A stretch of DNA of 64,000 nt, taken from positions 64,001-128,000 of the forward strand of contig CBDCCS010000022.1 in NCBI GenBank assembly GCA_965214935.1, read 5' to 3'. This stretch comes from Candidatus Velthaea sp. Lineage in GTDB: Bacteria; Vulcanimicrobiota; Vulcanimicrobiia; Vulcanimicrobiales; Vulcanimicrobiaceae. Shown piece by piece: positions 17,682-27,834 of the stretch (position 1 is its first letter; every line of letters starts with the position of its first letter). The translations under genes and the position numbers were made by a program. Below the pieces are notes generated by a model that worked only from the letters and a program-made list of their open reading frames with translations, had not been told where the DNA came from and searched no databases.

Positions 17682-20119
17682 CAATGATCGTCCTTCCTGT
17701 TGTCGCTGGCAACCATTCGACGCCGCCCGTTCTCGTCCGTTTCGGTAACCGATACTTGCCCGAGCGCATCGAGATAACGCCGATGGCGATCGAGTGAAAT
17801 CTGACCGCGAACGGAACACCATTGCGCATCGAGCACGTCACGACCGTCCGCGCCGTCGATTTCGTACGATAGCGAATCGGCGCTACCGGGATTGGTCGCC
17901 ATCGGCACGTTGCTTCGCAGCGCGGTGAACTTCGAGACGAGCGGTTGACGCGCAAATGCATCGACGATCGGTGTTGCCGCCTCATCGTAGACGTTGAGCG
18001 GTGGAACGTCGAAGAGCAGCTCGACCGTCCGCAAGACCGACGTCTGACTGTAATGCGTGTGACTCACGAACGAACGCCGGATCGATGGTCCAATGGCAAA
18101 CGCCGGCATCCGATGCGAGTCGACATGATCGCCGGTGCCTTGTGCATCGTCGCACGTTACAAACACGACCGTATCGCGCCATTCCGGCCGGCGTGACAGG
18201 CCCGCTACGATCTGCCCGAGCGCAGCATCGTTATCGGCGACATACGAAGGCGGCGTCAAAAAACCCGGCTTTGCGCCTGCAGTATGATCGGTCGGCAACG
18301 TCAGGTACGAATACTGAGCAAGACCATGGGCGCCGACGTCGCGCAAAAATAGCTTCGCCCGGTCGGTGTCGAGGACGCCGAAGTCAATATGCGCGCCGGG
18401 ATAGTCGCGATCGGCATGCTCGGCCAAGCCGGGCGCTATGCGGCCGTCCGGCAACATCGTCATTTGCTCGCCGTACACACGGAACGAGATGTTGCGGCGT
18501 GCGAGCGCGTCGATGAGTTCGCCGCGCGGCCCGAACACGGCACTGACATTGGTGCGCGGACCTTTCGGCAAGTCGGCTAAGTCCGTAAACCAGTCGTAAT
18601 CCATGTCGGCCGGTTTGACGGTATCTTCGCCGCCGAGCGGATACGGCCAGATCGACGACGCGACTCGTCCGTGTGCGTCGGCTTGCGAATCGTCGCGCAA
18701 ATGCGCGTTGCGCTCGTGATAATCGTTGGCCATGCCCTGCGTGGTCCACGCGTGCCCGTAAATGCTGGCTTCACCGTCCGACATAAAGTTGTCGAACAGT
18801 GTATACTTCTCGGCTAGCAGATGAGCGTTCGGTGTAAATTTACGGCCGAAGAGCACCAGCTCCGGATCGCCGTCGACGTTCGGTTCGTCGCCGAACTCTT
18901 CATCGAAGTGCTTGTTCTCACGGACGATGAAAACGACGTGTTTGACCGGCGGTAGGCTACTGCGTGCCGGAGTCACGCTGCCGAAGCGGTCGTTGGCCGC
19001 AACGCGTGCCGACCAGCCGCCGAGCAGCGCCGGTTCGACCGCGAGATGCTGCACCGTGCCGGTATACGTGCCGTCCCATTCCCCCGCCGGGTCGGCTTGT
19101 GAACCAAATCCCTGGGCGTTGAGAACCCAAAGCTGTGCTTTGGTGCGCGGATCTTTCGCTGCAACCGTCGCACCGCTTAAAAAGGCGACGTCGGTTGGGT
19201 ACCAGCCGGTCGGAATGCGTCCGCGCACGTTGCCCGTCCCGACATCGATGACTGCAACGTCGTTGAAGCCCGATTCAGCGACGTACAGCGTGAGCCGATC
19301 GTCGGAAAGCGCCATGCCGGCAGGCGTTTGGCCCGGCGGCGCAGCGGCACGAATCGCTAAATCGTAACGGCGCGTTACGCGCAGTGACGCATCGATCGCG
19401 ACGACATCGTGGCCGTCCGCGTCGGCAACGTAGGCCTTGTCGCCGGCGGCGAGCAGCGCCGTCGGATGCGGTCCGGTGACGATATCGACCGGATCGTTGT
19501 CGCCGTCGCGCCAAGCTTCGACGCGATCGCTATTATAGAGCGTCGTGATGACCGTTGGGCCGAAAAACGCCACGGCGTAAGGCTGTCCGACCGTCGCATG
19601 TCGCGCGAGCACGGCACCGGTTTGATTGTCGAGCACGACGATCTGCTGGTTCGCCGAACGCGCAACGGCAATTCGATGGTCGAGCGGATCTTCGGCGATC
19701 CCGTTGATGAGCCCGGAATCGACTTGCAAATCGACGAGCTTCGTGAATGCGGGTGCCGTCTTGGATGCGATTGCATCGTACGCGTAACGCGTGACGGTGC
19801 CCGTGTAACCGCGCGTAACGAACAAACCGTCCGACGTCCAAGCCAGTCCGCTCGCGGACGGAACGTTGAGACGTTCGCGCAGCATCGATCCGGCGGTGGA
19901 GATGACGTCGACGGCACCGCCTTGCAGCGAAACCACGGCAAGCCATCGACGGTCGGGCGAAAGCGCCTCGGCACATGCAAAACCTTCAACGGGAATGGTA
20001 AAACCGACCGGATCGATATGCCGTCCGTCGGGAATCGTCGTCGCTGCGTAGGCGCCCGATGCAAAGCAGGCACCAACGCCGAGCGCGATACACGCCGCGT
20101 ACACTTTGAACGTACTCAC
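17681..20119 (-). CDS. Exported YVTN/YncE beta-propeller + phosphoesterase (alkaline phosphatase superfamily) fusion
   Basis: Signal peptide; YVADADG, LYVAESGFNDVAVID and IPTGWYP repeats; KHVVFIVRENKHFDE, DNF, LPTDHT, DDAQGTGDHVDSHR. Confidence 0.85.
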   Translation of the reverse strand: MSTFKVYAACIALGVGACFASGAYAATTIPDGRHIDPVGFTIPVEGFACAEALSPDRRWLAVVSLQGGAVDVISTAGSMLRERLNVPSASGLAWTSDGLFVTRGYTGTVTRYAYDAIASKTAPAFTKLVDLQVDSGLINGIAEDPLDHRIAVARSANQQIVVLDNQTGAVLARHATVGQPYAVAFFGPTVITTLYNSDRVEAWRDGDNDPVDIVTGPHPTALLAAGDKAYVADADGHDVVAIDASLRVTRRYDLAIRAAAPPGQTPAGMALSDDRLTLYVAESGFNDVAVIDVGTGNVRGRIPTGWYPTDVAFLSGATVAAKDPRTKAQLWVLNAQGFGSQADPAGEWDGTYTGTVQHLAVEPALLGGWSARVAANDRFGSVTPARSSLPPVKHVVFIVRENKHFDEEFGDEPNVDGDPELVLFGRKFTPNAHLLAEKYTLFDNFMSDGEASIYGHAWTTQGMANDYHERNAHLRDDSQADAHGRVASSIWPYPLGGEDTVKPADMDYDWFTDLADLPKGPRTNVSAVFGPRGELIDALARRNISFRVYGEQMTMLPDGRIAPGLAEHADRDYPGAHIDFGVLDTDRAKLFLRDVGAHGLAQYSYLTLPTDHTAGAKPGFLTPPSYVADNDAALGQIVAGLSRRPEWRDTVVFVTCDDAQGTGDHVDSHRMPAFAIGPSIRRSFVSHTHYSQTSVLRTVELLFDVPPLNVYDEAATPIVDAFARQPLVSKFTALRSNVPMATNPGSADSLSYEIDGADGRDVLDAQWCSVRGQISLDRHRRYLDALGQVSVTETDENGRRRMVASDNRKDDH

Positions 20120-20201
20120 ACGGCAACGCTACGGCGCTTGTATGAACGTTCGATTAAGACAATCGAAGAGTTTTCCGTTCAGCTGCGTATAGTCAGCATC
20201 G

Positions 20202-23200
20202 ATGCGTCTGTTCGTGCGGCGTTTGTTTGTTGTTTGGCTTGTTGCAATCGCGTTCGGCGGCGTAACGCTGCGTGCATACGGTGCCGAAGTCGCACCAAGT
20301 CCGGCGCCGGTGCCGAGCGCCTCGCCGGGCAATGGACTCGTGTGGCGCAACATCGGCCCGAGCGCTGCAGGCGGCCGCGTCGCCGCGGTCACCGGCTCCA
20401 CGCGCGATCCGGAGCTTTTCTACATCGGAACCGCCGGCGGCGGCGTTTGGAAAAGCACGAACGGCGCGATCGACTGGCACCCCGTTTTCGACGCGACGGG
20501 CGTTTCATCGATCGGCGCAATAACAATCTCACCGCTCGATAAAGAGACGGTCTGGGTCGGCACCGGCGAAGCTTGGCCGCGTAATGATGTGATCGCCGGA
20601 AACGGCTTGTATCTCAGCGTCGACGGCGGCCAAACCTGGAAGCATCGCGGCTTGGACGGCACGTCGCAAATCGCACGCATTGTGCTCGATCCGCGCAATC
20701 CGCAACGCATCCTCGTCGCGGCGCTGGGCAGCCCGTTCGCCGATAGCGACGAGCGCGGCGTCTACCGCAGCGACGACGGCGGGCAAACCTGGCATAAAAC
20801 GCTTTTCCTTGCACGCGATACCGGCGCATCGGACCTCGTGCTCGACCCGCTGCATCCCGACGTCGTGTATGCCGGGATGTGGCGCTTCCGGCGCTCGGCG
20901 TGGCACCTCACGAGCGGCGGCACGGACGACGGTGTTTATAAATCGACCGACGGCGGCCAAACCTGGCACCGCTTGACCGGAGCCGGTTTGCCGAAGGGGC
21001 CGCTCGGCCGGATCGGCTTGGCGGTGGCGCCCAGCGATCCAAATCGTATTTACGCGCTCATTGAATCCGACGCGGGCTTACTCTGGCGGTCGGACGATGC
21101 GGGCGCGCATTGGACGCTGCGTTCAACGAATACGCTCATCAACGAACGGCCGTTTTATTACAGCCGGATCGTTGTCGATCCGCACGATCCCAATCATCTT
21201 TTTTCGGTCTCCGTGCATTTGGCGCAAAGCTATGACGGCGGAGCTTCATGGCATCTATCGGGGCGCAACGTGCACGGCGATCATCATGATGTGTGGATGT
21301 CCGCCGATGGATCGGTTGCACTCGACGGAAACGACGGCGGTCCGGCACTATCACGGGACGGCGGCAAGACATGGAATGCCCGCCGCGCCTTGACCACCGC
21401 GCAGGTGTATCATGTCGGTTTCGACCGGCGCAATCCATATTGGGTGTGTGCCGGCTTGCAAGATAACGGGACCTGGTGTGCACCGAATACAACCGGTGAC
21501 GAACGCGGAATACTCCCTGGGGATTGGGTCCGCGTGGCGGGCGGCGACGGCACCTGGGTATGGCCCGATCCACTCGATCCGACGATTGTTTTTGCGTCGA
21601 GCGGCGGCGGGGATAACGGCGGCGAACTTAGCCGGTTCGCACTTTCGACCCAGACCGGGAGCGACGTCTCACCGTATCTACGCGATCAAAACGTCGTGGC
21701 GCCGCGCGATCTGCAATACCGTTTTAATTGGGAAGCACCGATTGCATTTTCACCGTTCGAGCCGGACACCGCCTACTATGGTGCAAACGTCGTTTTTCGC
21801 TCGAAGGACCGCGGCAATACGTGGCAGGCGATCAGTCCGGATCTAACGCGGAATATGCGCGAGCGCCAAGGCCTGTCCGGGACGCCGTTGCGCTTGGATG
21901 TAACGGGCGCTGAAACGTTCGACACGATCTTGGATATCGCGCTGTCGCCGATTGCACGCAATTTGATGTGGGTCGGTACGGATGACGGCAACGTGGCCTT
22001 GACGCGCGACGGCGGCGCGACCTGGATCGCTGCACCGATTCCCGGACTCGATGCGGATTCGCGGGTCGTCGCCATCGAGGCTTCGCATGCGTCAGCCGGT
22101 CGGGCCTACGTAACGGTCGACCGGCATTACGTGGGCGATATGCGACCCTACGTTTACGAGACGGACAACTACGGTGCTGCGTGGCGTATGATTTCGGCCG
22201 GCCTCGATCAAAGCGACTTCGTCCACGTCGTGCGCGAAGATCCGCACAACGCCGCCCTGTTGGTATGCGGCACCGAACACGGCATTTTCTGGAGTGCGAA
22301 TCGCGGCGAAGCCTGGTCGGCCTTTCCCGCTCGGCTACCGCCGTCGTCGGTTCACGATCTGCGGATCGTTCCAAGTAGCGGCGACATTATCGCCGGAACG
22401 CACGGACGCGGCGTCTGGATTTTCGACGACCTGCGGCCACTCGAGCAGCATGCAGCGGAAGCAACGGCGACCGCCGCACTCTTTCCGCCGCGCGATGCAA
22501 TGGCACTCGAGCGGTCGACGACGACCACCGCGACCCGCGGCGCCGGTACGGCCATCGCCGGCCCCGCGCTTTTAACGTTTTATCAACGCGGGCCGGCCGC
22601 CGCATCGCCGGCGTTGGAAATCGTCGACCGGTTCGGGCATACCGTCAGGCACCTCAACGGCACGCATGACGTCGATGGAGCGGACGTCCCGGTCGTCCCG
22701 AACAGCGCCGGATTCAATCGCGTGGCTTGGGATCTCACCGGTGATCCGCCGACGCCATGGGCGCGTGCGCCAAAGTGGAATCGCGGTCCGGAGCGCGGCG
22801 TCCCGCTTCTCTCCGGGTCGTACACCGTGGTGTTGCACCGCGACGGGGCCGAATTCCGCGCCCCGCTGCGCGTCGTAGCGGATCGCCGAATCGTCGCTAA
22901 CGAAAGCGACGAGCGACGCGCAAACGCCTATACGGCGATGATCTCAAGCGAGATATCCATTGTTGACGACGCGCTCAACACGCTAGACAACCTGCGCTTG
23001 CAACTACCGGCCCGCATACGTTCGGTAGAAACGAACAGCGGGCATTCGCCTTTGTCAACGCGCCTGCACGGCGCGTTGGTGCAATCGGCCGAACTTGAAA
23101 ACGTCTTGACGTCGAATCCGCAGAATAGCCAGGACGACGACTTTCTGCGCGACGTCTTACGCGAACGGCTACTGACGCTCTTGCAAAATGCACCGCGTTC

Positions 23201-23417
23201 GGCACCGACTGCCGAGCAGTGGCGCGAAGGTCGCGCCTTGACGAGCGAGACGAACGACGAACTCGCGCGTTATCGGACGTTCTTTGAGACCGCGGTTGTA
23301 CCGATCGAACGAGAGCTCGAGCGCTCCGGACTACCACTCGATCTAAGCGACAGACCCCGACCAGATGCAATCGGTCCGGAGGTCGACGAGCGCGCTGCGC
23401 GCCGGACCGAAGAATAA
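20202..23417 (+). CDS. Exported Asp-box (BNR) VPS10/sortilin-like beta-propeller protein, putative glycosyl hydrolase
   Basis: Signal peptide, WRNIGP..GGRV, about 11 SxDxGxTW-type Asp boxes, HGDHH, GLQDNG and GTHGRG. Confidence 0.85.
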   Translation: MRLFVRRLFVVWLVAIAFGGVTLRAYGAEVAPSPAPVPSASPGNGLVWRNIGPSAAGGRVAAVTGSTRDPELFYIGTAGGGVWKSTNGAIDWHPVFDATGVSSIGAITISPLDKETVWVGTGEAWPRNDVIAGNGLYLSVDGGQTWKHRGLDGTSQIARIVLDPRNPQRILVAALGSPFADSDERGVYRSDDGGQTWHKTLFLARDTGASDLVLDPLHPDVVYAGMWRFRRSAWHLTSGGTDDGVYKSTDGGQTWHRLTGAGLPKGPLGRIGLAVAPSDPNRIYALIESDAGLLWRSDDAGAHWTLRSTNTLINERPFYYSRIVVDPHDPNHLFSVSVHLAQSYDGGASWHLSGRNVHGDHHDVWMSADGSVALDGNDGGPALSRDGGKTWNARRALTTAQVYHVGFDRRNPYWVCAGLQDNGTWCAPNTTGDERGILPGDWVRVAGGDGTWVWPDPLDPTIVFASSGGGDNGGELSRFALSTQTGSDVSPYLRDQNVVAPRDLQYRFNWEAPIAFSPFEPDTAYYGANVVFRSKDRGNTWQAISPDLTRNMRERQGLSGTPLRLDVTGAETFDTILDIALSPIARNLMWVGTDDGNVALTRDGGATWIAAPIPGLDADSRVVAIEASHASAGRAYVTVDRHYVGDMRPYVYETDNYGAAWRMISAGLDQSDFVHVVREDPHNAALLVCGTEHGIFWSANRGEAWSAFPARLPPSSVHDLRIVPSSGDIIAGTHGRGVWIFDDLRPLEQHAAEATATAALFPPRDAMALERSTTTTATRGAGTAIAGPALLTFYQRGPAAASPALEIVDRFGHTVRHLNGTHDVDGADVPVVPNSAGFNRVAWDLTGDPPTPWARAPKWNRGPERGVPLLSGSYTVVLHRDGAEFRAPLRVVADRRIVANESDERRANAYTAMISSEISIVDDALNTLDNLRLQLPARIRSVETNSGHSPLSTRLHGALVQSAELENVLTSNPQNSQDDDFLRDVLRERLLTLLQNAPRSAPTAEQWREGRALTSETNDELARYRTFFETAVVPIERELERSGLPLDLSDRPRPDAIGPEVDERAARRTEE

Positions 23418-23463
23418 AGGCCGCCGTTACCGGCGACCTTGCAGTCTTGCTTCGAAACGGAAC

Positions 23464-24084
23464 TTATTTCGCGGGCTGCCATGCCGCATGAGTGATCCGC
23501 GTGGACAACTCGGCGGCACTCACGCGCACGTTTTCGCCGTCGTCTTTTAGCTCTTGAAGCACGACGAGCGGAATAGCCGTACTGATTCGGATGACCAACG
23601 GTGCCAGCTGGCTTAGATGCTGCTCGGCGAGCCCGGCGACGCTTTCATCACCGAGCCCCAAGGCCGTTGCGTGGAGCATCGTGTAGCTGATGGACGCCAG
23701 ACTTAGCGCCGTATAGTCATCGCGCAAACTTTTCGAGACCTTCGTTTTGCGCGTGCTGTCGATAGCGGCTGCGCCGGCCCCGAGGAAAGCCGACCAGGCA
23801 GATTTTATGCCTGAGGCCGGATGGCCGCCAAGTTTTTCTAGATGCAGTTCAAGTGCAGTGCGTTGCGATGCCGTAACGTCTTTAATTTCATTGATGATTG
23901 CGAAAGCTTGCGCATATTCCGATGTATCATCAACGTTCAACTGCTGTTTGACCGGGACTTCGATGTGCGTGATGAGCGCGAGCAAATCGCTTACATACGT
24001 CTGAAGCGCGTGACGGTCGTTCCCGTCGCCCTCGAACGCATCGTATTTAACGCTCGTGCTTGTCGTATCTGTCGTTTCGCTCAT
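23464..24084 (-). CDS. Ferritin-like (DUF892/YciF-like) stress protein
   Basis: Four-helix pattern (YVSDLLAL..HIE; ALELHLEKLGG; LRDDY...SYTMLHATA) in general-stress context. Confidence 0.6.
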   Translation of the reverse strand: MSETTDTTSTSVKYDAFEGDGNDRHALQTYVSDLLALITHIEVPVKQQLNVDDTSEYAQAFAIINEIKDVTASQRTALELHLEKLGGHPASGIKSAWSAFLGAGAAAIDSTRKTKVSKSLRDDYTALSLASISYTMLHATALGLGDESVAGLAEQHLSQLAPLVIRISTAIPLVVLQELKDDGENVRVSAAELSTRITHAAWQPAK

Positions 24085-24093
24085 AGACGATTA

Positions 24094-24119
24094 CTACCCA
24101 GCGGGTTTAGCGCTCAACC
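24094..24119 (-). promoter_or_regulatory. Putative SigB/SigF-type general-stress promoter
   Basis: GGTTG-N15-GGGTAG, ending 9 nt upstream of the ATG at 24084. Confidence 0.5.
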
Positions 24120-24313
24120 GCCGTGCCGCTACGCAGGGCCGGCTCGGACGGAGCGCAACCAAGCCAGGTCCGATGAATCGCTTCGCGTTCGACTTCGAGC
24201 AAACCGTCGATGACTTCACGGGTAACTGCCGCGCACGTGCACTTCGAACAGCCTTGATTACTATGCGCTTCGAGGGTGTGCGAGCACGGGCAAAAGATAA
24301 AGCGGTCTAACAT
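24107..24313 (-). CDS. Small Cys/His-rich protein (putative metal-binding)
   Basis: CPCSHTLEAH...GCSKCTC in a 68-aa ATG ORF. Confidence 0.55.
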   Translation of the reverse strand: MLDRFIFCPCSHTLEAHSNQGCSKCTCAAVTREVIDGLLEVEREAIHRTWLGCAPSEPALRSGTAVER

Positions 24314-24639
24314 CGGCAGATCTCCAACTATGCGTGCAACCCCACCAACGGTCGTATTGCCCGCGCCACTGAAATGTTAACGCAATAGCCGCTCGCCTTC
24401 TCGGTGATCGCGACGCGATCGGGCAGCGTTGCGTGGTCCACGTCGCTTAATGGGGAGGAGAAAAGGCTCGGCTTCGATCGAGCCGAACGCATTCTCAAGC
24501 GATGTTCGCTCGTTCGGCGGTTTGTGCCGAGCGCCGTTTTTTCGTCCGCCTCCGGAGAACCGTTATGAGTGCAGTACGTACGAATTCCGAGTCGCCGGCG
24601 AAACATTCGGCGAGTGGACGCGGTAAGGGCTGACAATCG

Positions 24640-26106
24640 ATGGCCCTTCCTGTTGCGCCGCACGCCGGCCGTAACCGCGGTGCACTCACGTTAACCGTTG
24701 GTTTCATCGTGCTGCTCGCATCTGCGATTTGGCTTTATTGGACGGTCGTCGGAGCGGCCGCGTATCAACAGCACGTTCGGTTCGCACAACGCGAACGCAG
24801 CATCGTTTTCCGCCAGATGATCGATCAGGAAACGAGTATGCGCGGCTTTACGAGTACGGGACAAATCGAGTTTCTCATCCCCTACGGCCAATCGCAAGCG
24901 TCGATCGATGGGTCGTTCAACGAACTTCGGATCGCCCTGCGCCAGTTGCAAACAAGCTCACTGCTAGCGGTCGTCGACGATGAGGTGCGACTGCATAATC
25001 GCTGGCACGATACGGTCGCTGCACCATTGCTGGCAAATCGCGAGCGCCACGACGCGCTCGCCCTCCAATTTGCCGGCAAGCGCATCGTCGATGCATTTCG
25101 CGTCGACGATGCAATCATCGACAACGGTGTCGGCGGCGCCGCGGCAGACGCCGACCGCGCCGTCACGGTCACGGTCATCCGCATCGCCATAGCGACCGGC
25201 GCGCTCGGGCTTACGTTCCTGTTGGCCTACTTCGTTTTTGCCGCGCAGCGGGCACGAATGCTGGCCGAAACGCTGCGGCAACGCATGCTCTACGAAAACG
25301 AAAAGCGGATCGCCGACGCGCTGCAGGCCGCCTTCGTGCAAAAGGCGCTGCCCATCATACCGAACCTCGGCTTTCATGCCAGCTACGTTCCGGCCGGCGC
25401 TGAAGCGCAAGTCGGCGGTGACTGGTACGACGCTTTCGAGCTTCCGAACGGCCGCATTCTTTTCTCGATCGGTGATGTTGCGGGGCACGGTATCGAAGCG
25501 GCCGTTATCATGAGCCGGGCACGACAAGCGATCATCTCCACCGCCTTACACGAAAGCGATCCTGCGATCGTTCTGCGCAAAGCCAACGAAACGATCATGC
25601 TGCAAGAACCGAAGATGGTAACGGCAATCTGCGGCTACATCGATCCGACGACCCTTGACATCACCTATGCAACCGCCGGTCATCCGCCGCCGATCCTCGC
25701 GTTTCGCGACGCCGAGCCCTACTTTCTCGAGCACGACGGATTGCCGCTGGGAATCTTACCGGATGTTTCGTTCCGTTCGTTTGTTGCTCGAGCGCGCGAA
25801 GGCGCACTGCTCGTGCTGTATACCGATGGCGTCATCGAACATAAACGCGATCTCATCGACGGCGAAAAAAGGCTACTCGAAGCAGCGCGCACAGCCGCCG
25901 TCGATAACGCAGCAGATCCCGCATCAAGCGTGCGCATGGCAATCTTCGCCGACAAATTGCCGGTTGACGACGTTGCGATCATGACCGTATCGTTTGCGGT
26001 GCGCGATCAAACGAGCGTAGCGACGGTCAATGCTTTCTCACTAAGCCGGTTGTCGGTCGCCGGTTCTGAAGACGGAGTTCCGACAATCGTTTCGAGACGC
26101 AGTTAG
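24640..26106 (+). CDS. Membrane CHASE3-like sensor + SpoIIE/RsbU PP2C phosphatase
   Basis: Two TM helices around DQETSMRGF (CHASE3-like); VGGDWYD, IGDVAGHG, AGHPPP, LYTDGVIE, DDVA. Confidence 0.9.
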   Translation: MALPVAPHAGRNRGALTLTVGFIVLLASAIWLYWTVVGAAAYQQHVRFAQRERSIVFRQMIDQETSMRGFTSTGQIEFLIPYGQSQASIDGSFNELRIALRQLQTSSLLAVVDDEVRLHNRWHDTVAAPLLANRERHDALALQFAGKRIVDAFRVDDAIIDNGVGGAAADADRAVTVTVIRIAIATGALGLTFLLAYFVFAAQRARMLAETLRQRMLYENEKRIADALQAAFVQKALPIIPNLGFHASYVPAGAEAQVGGDWYDAFELPNGRILFSIGDVAGHGIEAAVIMSRARQAIISTALHESDPAIVLRKANETIMLQEPKMVTAICGYIDPTTLDITYATAGHPPPILAFRDAEPYFLEHDGLPLGILPDVSFRSFVARAREGALLVLYTDGVIEHKRDLIDGEKRLLEAARTAAVDNAADPASSVRMAIFADKLPVDDVAIMTVSFAVRDQTSVATVNAFSLSRLSVAGSEDGVPTIVSRRS

Positions 26107-26112
26107 ATGCAG

Positions 26113-26135
26113 AAAAGCCGGGGTTCTCCCCGGCT
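26113..26135 (-). terminator. Intrinsic terminator of the minus-strand stress operon
   Basis: AGCCGGGG-TTCT-CCCCGGCT hairpin with a T tract on the minus strand. Confidence 0.65.
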
Positions 26136-26160
26136 CATCGCTCATTTTGTTTTGAGAACG

Positions 26161-26937
26161 TTATTTGGACTCGACGCGGCCCTTTGCGGCTTCTACGACA
26201 TCGTGCCCGTGCGTTTGGGCTGAGAATAACGCCGTGCTTACCGCGTTCTGCGCGGTCTCAGCAACGACGGCCTTACCGGCTTCAATAAGATCGTGCGTTG
26301 CGGCCTGCGCCTGATCGACAACCTTGTCGCGAATCGGTCCAAGCCGCTCGCGTTCGACATCGGAGACCGGCAGAAGCGAACCGGTTAAATAACCGAGGGC
26401 GAGCGCAACAAGCGCAAGACCGATCGGATTCTCGGTCGCAACGCCGACTGCACGCTGCGTCCCGCCGCGAACGTCGACCGATTGCAGTTTTGACGTTACA
26501 CCATCACTCAAATTTGCCATTCGATCCGTTACCTTCGAGGTTGCGCCACTTAAATTAGCGACGCTGTCATGAAGTTTCGCCGACGTAGCGTCGCTGATGT
26601 TCGCTACGCGGTCGGTCACTTTCGAGGCCGTCGAACTGCCAAGATTGCTGACCGTGTCTGCAACCTTCGCAACCGTTGCACTGACGGCACCGGTTCCACT
26701 GCTCGTCCCGCCGGCGGGGGCCGACGTATCACCGCCGCCGACCGCATTCTTGACATTGTCGATGACGTTCTCGACGACGTCGCTGACGTTGCCCTTGACG
26801 CTGTCGACCCGGTCGTTCAGCTCGTCCTTGACACGGGCGCCGACATCAGCCTTGTAACCGAGCGCCTCAACGGTATCGCCCATCCGCTCGCGCGTCGCTT
26901 CTATTTCTTGCTTGATTGTGCTCGCGTCTTTGCCCAT
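26161..26937 (-). CDS. DUF3618 domain protein with internal ~15-aa repeats
   Basis: IKQEIEATRERMGDTVEALGYK (DUF3618), then ENPIGLALVALALGYL..LLP...ERE. Confidence 0.8.
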   Translation of the reverse strand: MGKDASTIKQEIEATRERMGDTVEALGYKADVGARVKDELNDRVDSVKGNVSDVVENVIDNVKNAVGGGDTSAPAGGTSSGTGAVSATVAKVADTVSNLGSSTASKVTDRVANISDATSAKLHDSVANLSGATSKVTDRMANLSDGVTSKLQSVDVRGGTQRAVGVATENPIGLALVALALGYLTGSLLPVSDVERERLGPIRDKVVDQAQAATHDLIEAGKAVVAETAQNAVSTALFSAQTHGHDVVEAAKGRVESK

Positions 26938-27317
26938 TCAACATCTTCCTTTACAGATTGCGCCGTTTGTTCCGGTACGAGCGATGCGCCCGAGAGCTGC
27001 TTTTTACCGCGTAGCGCAGTTACGGCCACGACGATACCATAAACGATCGTTACGATGAGTGCCGCCGCCCAAACCGGCATAGCCAACGCCAGTGCCGCTA
27101 TAAAAACGGTCGTCAATGCACCGAAGGCGCCGACAGCGAAAACCGCCGCCACGCCGAACATGACGGCGCCCGACGTAATGACTTTGATCTTTTCATTCAG
27201 CTCAACTTTCGCCAACGCAATCTCTTGCCTGACGAGTGTCGTCGTTTCGGTCGATAATTGACGCAGAAGCTGAGGTATTGATTCTGTCTTTAACGACTCG
27301 ACGCGCTGCTCGTGCAT
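26901..27317 (-). CDS. Phage_holin_3_6 (YqjE-like) membrane protein
   Basis: LVRQEIALAKVEL, two TM helices and PEQTAQSVKEDVEW. Adjacent to DUF3618. Confidence 0.8.
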   Translation of the reverse strand: MHEQRVESLKTESIPQLLRQLSTETTTLVRQEIALAKVELNEKIKVITSGAVMFGVAAVFAVGAFGALTTVFIAALALAMPVWAAALIVTIVYGIVVAVTALRGKKQLSGASLVPEQTAQSVKEDVEWAKTRAQSSKK

Positions 27318-27321
27318 TTAG

Positions 27322-27780
27322 CTACAATGCACTCGGCGAAGATGTCGGATTGACCGACGCGCTCTCGTATGCATAATCATCGGAATATTTCGCGACGTAA
27401 TCGGACGACTTCGAGCGACGCACGCTTGCGCTCTTGATCACACGCGCGGCAGCGAAGCCGAGCACCGCCGCCGACGCGGCAACGGCCCAAGGACGCTGCC
27501 GGCTAAATCCTTCGAGATCGGAAATGAACGCCGCGGTGTCGCCGTTCTCGAGATATGCGCCGGCAGTTTGAACGTAGCCGGCGGCCCAATCGGCTAACTG
27601 CGCCGCGCTGCCGATCGTACCGCTTTGGCGCAACTGATTGCCGACCTGCTCCAGATCGCGAGCAGTCTGCGTTACGGTCGTGCCAAGTACGTGAGCTTGT
27701 TTATCAATCTGCGCGACGATGATATTTTTCGACTTCTCAGCCGCCGCGCTCGCTGCATTCGTAATCGTCGTTTGATTCAT
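27322..27780 (-). CDS. ElaB/YqjD-like hypothetical protein
   Basis: DLEGFSRQRPWAVAASAAVLGFAAARVIK segment. First gene of the ElaB-holin-DUF3618 trio. Start 27780 or 27798. Confidence 0.65.
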   Translation of the reverse strand: MNQTTITNAASAAAEKSKNIIVAQIDKQAHVLGTTVTQTARDLEQVGNQLRQSGTIGSAAQLADWAAGYVQTAGAYLENGDTAAFISDLEGFSRQRPWAVAASAAVLGFAAARVIKSASVRRSKSSDYVAKYSDDYAYESASVNPTSSPSAL

Positions 27781-27834
27781 GCTGAACGATACCCTCACTT
27801 CAGTTCGTTATGACGTAGCGATAGCTCGCTTCCT

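Noticed and set aside
26901..27317. Holin-family gene as evidence for a prophage
   Set aside because: Phage_holin_3_6 with DUF3618/ElaB-like neighbours is a cellular stress trio, and no phage genes are nearby.
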